Of a DNA stretch of 64,000 bases, positions 1-6,488 are shown in pieces. The stretch is taken from assembly GCA_900539255.1 (NCBI GenBank), contig UQBJ01000003.1, forward strand, positions 22,058 through 86,057, given 5' to 3'. Position numbers and translations under genes: made by a program. Every line of letters begins with the position of its first letter. Position 1 is the first letter of the stretch. The notes beneath the pieces are model-generated. The model worked only from the letters and a program-made list of their open reading frames with translations. It did no database searches and was not told the origin of the DNA. Source of the stretch: an uncultured Campylobacter sp. (lineage in GTDB: Bacteria; Campylobacterota; Campylobacteria; Campylobacterales; Campylobacteraceae).

Positions 1-3
1 AAT

Positions 4-1788
4 TTAGCGTTTTGCGGTGTTTGGCTTTAAAAAGCCCTCGCGGACTAAAATGTCTATGGTGTCCTTAAACACGGGCAAGGCACTTTGTGCGGCGTAGTAG
101 CTGTAAGGCTTTGTCGGGTTTCGCACAAGCACGCCTATGGTGTAAGCGTTGTTTGCGTCATTTGCAAACCCAAAAAAGCTGGCGTTATAGCGGTTGCTCG
201 TGTAGCCGCCCTTGCCCGCTATGCGTGCCGTGCCTGTTTTGCCACCTAGCACAAGCCCTTGCGTGAGCGCCTTTTTGCCCGTGCCTTTTTCTATGGTGTT
301 GATGAGCATTTTTTGCATAAGCGCGCTGGCGTTTGGAGAGAGAATTTTTTCGCTTTTTTGTGATTCTTCTTTGAAAACGCCGTTTTGGTAGGTTTTTTCG
401 CCGATTTTTGGCGTGATATATACGCCGCCGTTGTTAAAGACATTGTAGCCCGCTAAAAGCTGTATAAAGGTAGTTTTCAGCCCATAACCATAGCTTAACA
501 CTGATTTTTCAATGTCTCGTAGTTTTTTTGGCTCTGGCAGCTCGCCCCTTTGCTCATAAGGCAAGTCAATGCCGCTTTTTTCCCCAAAATGAAAGATTTT
601 AAGCCCAGCGATTATCTCAAAATTTGAAAGCCGTTTAGCAATTTGTATCATTCCGACATTTGATGAATACACCAAAATGTCCTCAGGGCTCATCGAAGCG
701 GCTTTGTGGTCATCTTGTATGGTGAAACGCCCGAGTTTATAAGAGCCGCCAAAGGTGTTTATGCGTTCATTCAGGCGCAGTTTGTCAAGGCGCAAGGCTG
801 TGGTAAAGATAAAGGGCTTGATGACGGAGCCTGCCTCGTAGCTATACTCAATCGCGCTGGCGTTTAGCACGGACAAGTCCTTGCCTCTCTTGCTTGGCTC
901 AAAGCGGCGCGAGCTGGCTAGGGCGAGTATCTTGCCCGTTTTGCTCTCCATCACGCCCACGATGATTTCGCTTGCGTTTAAGTCGGCATTTCGCGTGTCT
1001 ATCATTTTTTCTATGCTTTTTTGTAGCTTTAAAAAGACATTTATGTAAAGGTTGCAGCCGTTGATTTTGCGCTGTTGGACGGAGTCTAAATTCAGCACTA
1101 TGTTGCCACCTATGTCTTTAAGCCCTTGCACCTTTTCATCTTGCACGGCTTTTAAGCACTCATCGTAGGATTTTTCAAGCCCTTTAACGCCGACATTTTT
1201 AAGCACGCCAAGTTCCTTGTCAAGCACCACGCGCGTGTAGCCGATGACGGGCGTGAGCGAGTCCTTTGACATATAGTTTCTGTCCTCTTTATGCTCGATG
1301 ATACTCAGCCCGCGCGTTTCTACTTTGTTGTTGGAGTTTGTAAAAGCCTTGAAAAAGCCCTGCACATAGAGTTTTTTAGCAAGTTCTTTAAGATAGCTTG
1401 CTTGCTTGGAGTCTATGTTTTGCAAAAGCACGAAGTTGTGGCTTTTGGGGTTTTTGTTAGCAAGCCTTTTTTTAATGTCTCTCATCGTGGCATCATCAGC
1501 CCCGCTGTAAATTTGAAAGAGTTTTAAAAACAAATCAAATTTCGCGCCGTTGATACTTCGCAAATCAATCTCAGCGCGGTAAATTTCCTTTGACGAGCTA
1601 ATGATAAAGCCGTCTTTTGTGATGATATTGCCGCGCAGGGCTATGTCAAACTGCTCTTTTTCGGTGTTGGGTAGGTTGCGTTTGGAGGTGAGAAAAAAAG
1701 TCGCACCCAAAAACACAGCCATAAAAAACATCGCCATAAAAAAGACAAAGGCGACTTTGGAGGCTCTGTTTTTGTTGTGCGTTTGCAT
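4..1788 (-). CDS. Penicillin-binding protein 2 / peptidoglycan D,D-transpeptidase (MrdA/PBP2 family)
   Basis: 594-aa ORF with an N-terminal TM anchor and transpeptidase motifs (SxxK region, SSN, KTGTA). It sits directly upstream (same strand) of fliE-flgC-flgB, as the pbp gene does in C. jejuni. The stop codon is at positions 4-6, so the gene is complete. Confidence 0.85.
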   Translation of the reverse strand: MQTHNKNRASKVAFVFFMAMFFMAVFLGATFFLTSKRNLPNTEKEQFDIALRGNIITKDGFIISSSKEIYRAEIDLRSINGAKFDLFLKLFQIYSGADDATMRDIKKRLANKNPKSHNFVLLQNIDSKQASYLKELAKKLYVQGFFKAFTNSNNKVETRGLSIIEHKEDRNYMSKDSLTPVIGYTRVVLDKELGVLKNVGVKGLEKSYDECLKAVQDEKVQGLKDIGGNIVLNLDSVQQRKINGCNLYINVFLKLQKSIEKMIDTRNADLNASEIIVGVMESKTGKILALASSRRFEPSKRGKDLSVLNASAIEYSYEAGSVIKPFIFTTALRLDKLRLNERINTFGGSYKLGRFTIQDDHKAASMSPEDILVYSSNVGMIQIAKRLSNFEIIAGLKIFHFGEKSGIDLPYEQRGELPEPKKLRDIEKSVLSYGYGLKTTFIQLLAGYNVFNNGGVYITPKIGEKTYQNGVFKEESQKSEKILSPNASALMQKMLINTIEKGTGKKALTQGLVLGGKTGTARIAGKGGYTSNRYNASFFGFANDANNAYTIGVLVRNPTKPYSYYAAQSALPVFKDTIDILVREGFLKPNTAKR

Positions 1789-1793
1789 TAAAC

Positions 1794-2090
1794 TTAAATT
1801 TGCGTTCTTGTTATCTCTTTGTAAGCGTTTATCGCTTTGTTTCGCACTTCAAGCATAAATTTCATACTCATATCAGCCTTATTTATCGCAATGGCAGCTT
1901 GGTGCAAGTCCTTCACCTCGCCTGTGGCTATGTCCGTCATCGCTGCTTCGGCTGTTTTTTGCGTGTCATCTTGCTCTTCTAAATTTTGTTTGAGTAGCCT
2001 AGCAAATTCCTCGCCTATGGGCGTCATCTTTGCGTTTTGCTGTCTGGTTTCTTGTGAGTTGGCTACTTGCCCTATTTGTGTAATGTCCAT
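1794..2090 (-). CDS. fliE: Flagellar hook-basal body complex protein FliE
   Basis: 98-aa protein with a typical FliE sequence and size. Position is in a flgB-flgC-fliE operon. Confidence 0.9.
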   Translation of the reverse strand: MDITQIGQVANSQETRQQNAKMTPIGEEFARLLKQNLEEQDDTQKTAEAAMTDIATGEVKDLHQAAIAINKADMSMKFMLEVRNKAINAYKEITRTQI

Positions 2091-2092
2091 TT

Positions 2093-2587
2093 TTAACTCC
2101 TTAGTAAATCTATCGCACTTTGAGCTATGCTTTTGGTGCTGTTAAACGCCGCGACATTTGCTTGATAAGCCCTTGTCGCTTCTATCAAATCCGCCATTTC
2201 GATGACAGGGTTTATGTTTGGGTATGACACATAGCCCTCATCGTTGGCGTCTGGGTGATTTGGCTCGTATTTGAGCCTAAATTCCTTGTCATCTCGCACA
2301 ACCTTATGCACCACAACGCTCATTATGCTCGGGTCTGCGTCCTTTGGCGAGCTGGGGTCGTTCAAAGGGTTTTCGTATTCGAGCATATTGCTGTCGTCTT
2401 TGATTTTGCGGTTTAAAATCTCGCTAAAATCAGTCGCCTTAAAGATAACCGAACGCCTACGATAAGGTCCGCCCTCAGCAGTGCGAGTGGTGTTAGCGTT
2501 AGCTATGTTTGAACTGATGATATTGATACGAAAGCGTTGTGCGCTCAGTCCATATCCGCTTATGTCAAAATCGCTTAAATACGCCAT
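2093..2587 (-). CDS. flgC: Flagellar basal-body rod protein FlgC
   Basis: 164 aa with the N-terminal rod-protein motif (SNIANANTT). It lies between flgB and fliE. Confidence 0.9.
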   Translation of the reverse strand: MAYLSDFDISGYGLSAQRFRINIISSNIANANTTRTAEGGPYRRRSVIFKATDFSEILNRKIKDDSNMLEYENPLNDPSSPKDADPSIMSVVVHKVVRDDKEFRLKYEPNHPDANDEGYVSYPNINPVIEMADLIEATRAYQANVAAFNSTKSIAQSAIDLLRS

Positions 2588-2598
2588 TACCTAACCCC

Positions 2599-3030
2599 TT
2601 AATTCAACTTCGAGCTGGCATCAACTATGCCACCAAAAATGCTGCCTTGCTTTTTCAGCACGCCATCAAGCGCATTTACCATAGCCGCATTTTTGCTCAT
2701 CTCGCTCGTCTCCACATCTAAATCCACCGTGTTAGCATCATTTCGTGCTAAATGCCCGTCTCTCAAATAAATAGTCGATTTATTTGGGTCTGGGAACTTC
2801 CAAGGCTCTTGATGAGCCTCGTGAGTCAAAGCCACTTTCAGTTCTTTACTATCGTCTTTTTTGAAAATAACTTTTGCCCTATTGACTAATGCCGTTTCAA
2901 ATTCTATGTCGCGCGCCTTGAAAAATGGCGTATCGACATTCGCAAGGTTTGAGATAATCATCTCATTTCTAATGTTGCGCCCTGCCAAAGCCGAGCTTAC
3001 CAGCTCTTTGGACTTAAACGGAACTATCAT
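2599..3030 (-). CDS. flgB: Flagellar basal-body rod protein FlgB
   Basis: 143 aa with the rod N-terminal motif (SNLANVDTP). It is the first gene of the operon. Confidence 0.9.
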   Translation of the reverse strand: MIVPFKSKELVSSALAGRNIRNEMIISNLANVDTPFFKARDIEFETALVNRAKVIFKKDDSKELKVALTHEAHQEPWKFPDPNKSTIYLRDGHLARNDANTVDLDVETSEMSKNAAMVNALDGVLKKQGSIFGGIVDASSKLN

Positions 3031-3066
3031 TTTTATCCTTTTTCAAAGCATTAGTATCAATATGAA

Positions 3067-3083
3067 GCAAAAAGCGTTCCAAA
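3067..3083 (-). promoter_or_regulatory. sigma54 (RpoN) promoter for flgB-flgC-fliE
   Basis: The plus strand reads GCAA-aaagc-GTTCCAA, which is the reverse complement of TTGGAAC-N5-TTGC. This is an exact match to the Campylobacter sigma54 -24/-12 consensus. It lies ~37 bp upstream of the flgB ATG. Confidence 0.7.
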
Positions 3084-3166
3084 TTTTAAAACGGAGTAAA
3101 TTTTTTGAGAAATTTTTAAATTTTCAGCACAAACCTTAAAAAAGCCCAAATTCCAAAGCCAAACGC

Positions 3167-3976
3167 CTAAAAATTCAAACTCGCCCCAAGCCGAAATTCC
3201 ACACTTTGCCCCTTTTCATAAAAAATTTTACGCGGATTAAAAAGCTGATGAAAGGCGTTAAATTCGGCAAAAATGTCAAATTCTTTAAAGGCGTTTAGCC
3301 CAGCAAAAAGGCTTATTTTGCTGTCATAGCCGCGGTTGTTGTCGTTTAAATCATAATAAATTTGATATTCGCCGATAAATTTAAACCCCTCAAAGCTCGC
3401 CACAACGCCACTTTTAAGCGACACGAAAGGGTTGTGGATAAGCTCATATCTATAACCCAAATCCCCAAGCGCATAAAAGCTAAACGCCCCAGCATAAGCG
3501 CCCACGCCAAGCCCTAAATCAAGCGTAGGAAAAAGCCTTGTGCGCTCATTTTGCTCACCTTTAAAGTGCTTATTTGCTCCTTTTGCGTATAAATTTGGCT
3601 CAAAACGCAAGCTGATGAGCTTTGAAAGGCTGTTTGTCCGCAAAGTATCAGCCACGCTAAAAAGGTGCAAAAGCTCGATTTTATGCAAAAAAGCCTTGAA
3701 TTTATCGTCTTTATCAAGCCCAGCAAAACGCAGTTCAAGCGAAGTAAGGCGCGATTCTATCAGCTCTTTGTAGGCGTTGTTTGCGTTTTTTATGTCCGAG
3801 TAAATGGGCGCAAAATATAAAAAGCCTTGACGGGCTGAGCCGTTCAAATGCGTAAGCCCAAAAGAGATTTTTGAGCTTTTGCGAGTGTTTAAAATGTCGT
3901 TGCTGCCAAATTTTTGCACGAATTTTTGCTTGTTTGGCGGGGTTTTAAGCTCATATACAGCAAATAAAAAGCGCAA
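3167..3976 (-). CDS. Hypothetical protein, possible outer-membrane beta-barrel (C-terminal ...LNF)
   Basis: 269-aa ORF with a TTG start and alternating amphipathic segments. The terminal aromatic residue is typical of OMPs. No family recognised. No clear signal peptide at the annotated start. Confidence 0.4.
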   Translation of the reverse strand: MRFLFAVYELKTPPNKQKFVQKFGSNDILNTRKSSKISFGLTHLNGSARQGFLYFAPIYSDIKNANNAYKELIESRLTSLELRFAGLDKDDKFKAFLHKIELLHLFSVADTLRTNSLSKLISLRFEPNLYAKGANKHFKGEQNERTRLFPTLDLGLGVGAYAGAFSFYALGDLGYRYELIHNPFVSLKSGVVASFEGFKFIGEYQIYYDLNDNNRGYDSKISLFAGLNAFKEFDIFAEFNAFHQLFNPRKIFYEKGQSVEFRLGASLNF

Positions 3977-4046
3977 ATAAGCACTTTGACTTTTGACATT
4001 TGTATAAAAGTGCTAAATTTAGAGTAGAGTAGCGTTTGAAATGAGT

Positions 4047-4068
4047 AAGCCCGCTTCAATGCGGGCTT
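4047..4068 (-). terminator. Putative rho-independent terminator after lipoprotein gene
   Basis: GC-rich 8-bp stem aagcccgc/gcgggctt with a 6-nt loop. A moderately T-rich tail follows on the minus strand. Confidence 0.35.
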
Positions 4069-4093
4069 TACGGCTTAAATTTACAAGCAAATG

Positions 4094-4552
4094 CTAGAAT
4101 TTGCACTCATAAATCTCGCCTTTTACCCGCAATGAGCTGACTTCTTTGACATCAAAGTTGTTGCCGGGGCAAGGGATTTCAGGATTGTCGTTTGCACTGC
4201 CTGTTAGCGACTTCATAAAGCCTTTTTCAGCCTTGCAATTCCATATTTCAGCTGCGTGATACACGACCAAACGCTTGCTGCTGCCCACTTCGACAAGATA
4301 GGCGGATTTGTTGAGCAAGTCATTTTTCGCGCTTTCTCTCATCATCTCCATAGTTGCACTCGTTTCGCCGATACGCGCTATGCCTTCTTTTTCGCCTACA
4401 AGCATACAACCCATAGGCTTGCTTTGCGAAAACGCCAAACGATGAGCGTCTGATGATAAAGCTGTTACTTGGTAAAGCGGTTTTGAACTGCACGCCATAA
4501 ACAGCAACGACAAGCCGCAAAATGCGGCGACACTAAGAACGGATTTAAGCAT
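4094..4552 (-). CDS. Putative lipoprotein
   Basis: 152 aa with a signal peptide and lipobox (LLFMAC-SS). A strong RBS AAGGAG lies 5 nt upstream of the ATG. Confidence 0.7.
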   Translation of the reverse strand: MLKSVLSVAAFCGLSLLFMACSSKPLYQVTALSSDAHRLAFSQSKPMGCMLVGEKEGIARIGETSATMEMMRESAKNDLLNKSAYLVEVGSSKRLVVYHAAEIWNCKAEKGFMKSLTGSANDNPEIPCPGNNFDVKEVSSLRVKGEIYECKF

Positions 4553-4600
4553 AATAGCTCCTTTGTTGTGAAAAATTTATCTTATGAAAAGATATGCACT

Positions 4601-4619
4601 ATTATAATGCCCCCCCCCC
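4601..4619 (-). promoter_or_regulatory. Candidate phase-variable promoter: G10 homopolymer immediately upstream of TATAAT -10 box
   Basis: The minus strand reads GGGGGGGGGG-CAT-TATAAT. The poly-G spans 4610-4619 and the -10 hexamer spans 4606-4601, about 48 nt upstream of the lipoprotein ATG. Confidence 0.5.
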
Positions 4620-4848
4620 TTAAATTAACCTTAAAAGAAGCTTAAAGTTAGCTTAAATTTCAAAAATTTTTCGCCACTTGCGTGGAAAACAAATTTAGAA
4701 ATCAAAATAAAATTCAACGCAAGCGCGGAAATTTAGGCAAAAGAGCGGAAAGTGAAAGCTAAAATTTGAAAATTTAAGCGAAAATCAAAGTGTTTGAGTG
4801 AGAAATTTAAATTTTGAGTAGGAATTTAGCGTTTTAGAAAGTTTTGAA

Positions 4849-4968
4849 AAAAGGTTTGAAAAAAGTGTTAAGAAGTTTTAAAAAGTTTTGCAAAAGGTGT
4901 TAAAAGGTTTCAAAAAGTTTTAAAAAGTTCTAAAAAAGCATTAAAAAAGTTTTCAAAAATGTAAATTC
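4849..4968. repeat. Phased A-tract array (~11-bp period gttttaaaaaa-like units, ~11 copies)
   Basis: Direct reading shows repeated aaaagtttt/aaaaggttt units with a helical-repeat period. This implies intrinsically bent DNA upstream of a consensus promoter. Confidence 0.6.
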
Positions 4969-4972
4969 CCCC

Positions 4973-5001
4973 TTGACATTAGTCCCAAAAAAGACTATAA
5001 T
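4973..5001 (+). promoter_or_regulatory. Consensus sigma70-type promoter TTGACA-N17-TATAAT
   Basis: TTGACA at 4973-4978, a 17-nt spacer, then TATAAT at 4996-5001. It is followed by the inverted repeat CCTTGTAAA...TTTACAAGG at 5005-5038, a possible operator or attenuator. It drives toward the SMR pair. Confidence 0.55.
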
Positions 5002-5039
5002 TAGTCCTTGTAAAGACTAAATTTACTTGTTTTACAAGG

Positions 5040-5220
5040 ATAAGGCGCAAAAAGATTAGGAAAGTAAGAAAAATAAAAAGAAAGCAAGAAAAGCAAATAC
5101 GCAAAAAGTTAAAAAATAAGAAAACAAAAAAGCAAATTTAAGTAAAAAGTTAAAAAAAATAAAAAATACAAAAGACAAAATGCAAAAAAGTATAAGAAAG
5201 CAAAAATAAAAAAGGACAAA
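5040..5220 (+). other. Purine-rich (A/G-only) ~180-nt leader preceding SMR operon
   Basis: The sequence is almost devoid of C/T (e.g. aagaaaaataaaaagaaagcaagaaaagcaa...). It lies between the promoter and the SMR start codon. The 5056-5241 ORF on the opposite strand is a poly-F artifact. Confidence 0.5.
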
Positions 5221-5221
5221 A

Positions 5222-5602
5222 ATGACAAAAATTTCTCGCATTCGCTCGTGGATAATGCTGTGTTTGGCTATCGCGCTTGAAATTGCAGGGCTTAGTTTGC
5301 TTCAAGTTTTTGAGGAAAGTCCCGTTTTAAGCAAGGTGATTTTGGTGTGTTTTATGAACGCTTCTTATTTTCTTATGTCCTTAGCGTTGCGCCAAATTTC
5401 AGTGGGTGTGGCGTATGCGGCGTGGGAAATCATCGGCGGCATAGGCGTTTTGTTTGTGAGTTTTATCTTTTTTAACCCTATTTTAAGCACTCAGCAATAC
5501 TTCGGCGTAGCACTTGGTTTCATCGGCATAGTTTGCATTATCTTGGGCGAAAAGCACGACACAAGCGCAAATTCCGCTCTAAATTTAAAGGCAAAGGACT
5601 AA
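5222..5602 (+). CDS. Small multidrug resistance (SMR/DMT) family protein, subunit 1
   Basis: 126 aa with 4 TM segments and an EmrE/Gdx-like motif (AYAAWEIIGGIG). It is the first gene of a tandem pair. Confidence 0.8.
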   Translation: MTKISRIRSWIMLCLAIALEIAGLSLLQVFEESPVLSKVILVCFMNASYFLMSLALRQISVGVAYAAWEIIGGIGVLFVSFIFFNPILSTQQYFGVALGFIGIVCIILGEKHDTSANSALNLKAKD

Positions 5603-5603
5603 A

Positions 5604-5921
5604 ATGGCGGCGTTTTTACTCATTTGCTTTTCGGGCGTTTTGGATATTTTTTCAAATTTAGCTTTGGCAAAGTCCGATGGCTTTAAAAAGCTATGGTGGG
5701 GGCTTTTGGCTTTGTTGCTTGTGGATAGTTGCTTTGTGGCTTTGGCTTTTGCGCTTGATTTGGGTATGCAGCTGCCCGTTGCTTACACGCTTTGGGGCGC
5801 GATAGGCATTTTGGGAACTACGGCTGGGGGATATTATTTTTTCGCTCAAAAGCTCAAACCCATAGGCTTTGTAGGCATTGTGTTGGTGCTTTGCGCTGTT
5901 TATTTGCTGCATTTTGCGTAA
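5604..5921 (+). CDS. Small multidrug resistance (SMR/DMT) family protein, subunit 2
   Basis: 105 aa with 4 TM segments and an SMR motif (AYTLWGAIGILG). It is adjacent and translationally coupled, suggesting a heterodimeric SMR like EbrAB/YkkCD. Confidence 0.8.
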   Translation: MAAFLLICFSGVLDIFSNLALAKSDGFKKLWWGLLALLLVDSCFVALAFALDLGMQLPVAYTLWGAIGILGTTAGGYYFFAQKLKPIGFVGIVLVLCAVYLLHFA

Positions 5922-5931
5922 GGGCTGGGCT

Positions 5932-6384
5932 ATGCAAATCAGCGAGGCTCAAATCCACGAATTTAACAGGCTTTATTATAAGATAAATGGCTTGTATGCG
6001 CGTTTTGAGAACGCAAAAAACATAAATAGCTCGGTGTATAAGGTTTTGCACGCACTTTTCATCAGCGAACTTCACACGCAAAAGGACATTATGCAAAGCT
6101 ACGAAATGCCCAAACAAACGATAAACAATGTCATCGCAAACCTGCAAAAGCAAGGTTTTATCGACATTTCATCAAGCCAAAACGACAAGCGTGAAAGGAT
6201 TTTAAATCTCACAGCTAGGGGCAAAGCGTATGCAAAGGACTACACAAGCGCATACACAGCCTTTGAGATGAAAGTGTATCAAAGTTTGGGCGCGCGAAAT
6301 TTAAGCAAACTCACTCAAATTTATGCGGATTTTGAAAGGGCTTTCAATGAAGTTTTTAATGCGGAGTTTAGCAAAAAGGACTAA
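5932..6384 (+). CDS. MarR-family transcriptional regulator
   Basis: 150 aa with a winged-HTH MarR-like core. ATG at 5932 with AGGG 8 nt upstream. The upstream extension in the ORF track overlaps the SMR gene and is rejected. Confidence 0.7.
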   Translation: MQISEAQIHEFNRLYYKINGLYARFENAKNINSSVYKVLHALFISELHTQKDIMQSYEMPKQTINNVIANLQKQGFIDISSSQNDKRERILNLTARGKAYAKDYTSAYTAFEMKVYQSLGARNLSKLTQIYADFERAFNEVFNAEFSKKD

Positions 6385-6488
6385 ATTTGCGCCTTTAAAA
6401 AGCGCGTAAATTTAACGCTTTGCGAAAAAAGCCTTAAAACAAAGCATTTTTGACAATCAAATTCCAAAAACCTAAATTCAGCACAAGG

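Noticed and set aside
4700-5220. CRISPR array among the tandem repeats (also 30828-30960 and 57318-57560)
   Set aside because: The repeats are AT-rich, degenerate and contiguous. There are no unique spacers of regular length, no cas genes and no GC-rich palindromic repeat.
5002-5221. Guanidine riboswitch (ykkC, mini-ykkC or guanidine-III) upstream of the SMR pair
   Set aside because: The leader lacks the conserved GGGA/ACGR elements and the paired ACGR hairpin loops. It is nearly devoid of C/U, so no known riboswitch class fits. It is kept only as an unusual leader.
5056-5241. 61-aa poly-Phe/Leu ORF on the minus strand
   Set aside because: It is the antisense translation of the purine-rich leader (AAA/GAA become F/L) and is low-complexity.
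5878-5931. Upstream extension of the MarR ORF to 5878
   Set aside because: The extension overlaps the SMR2 coding end in another frame. ATG at 5932 has an AGGG RBS and gives a typical 150-aa MarR.
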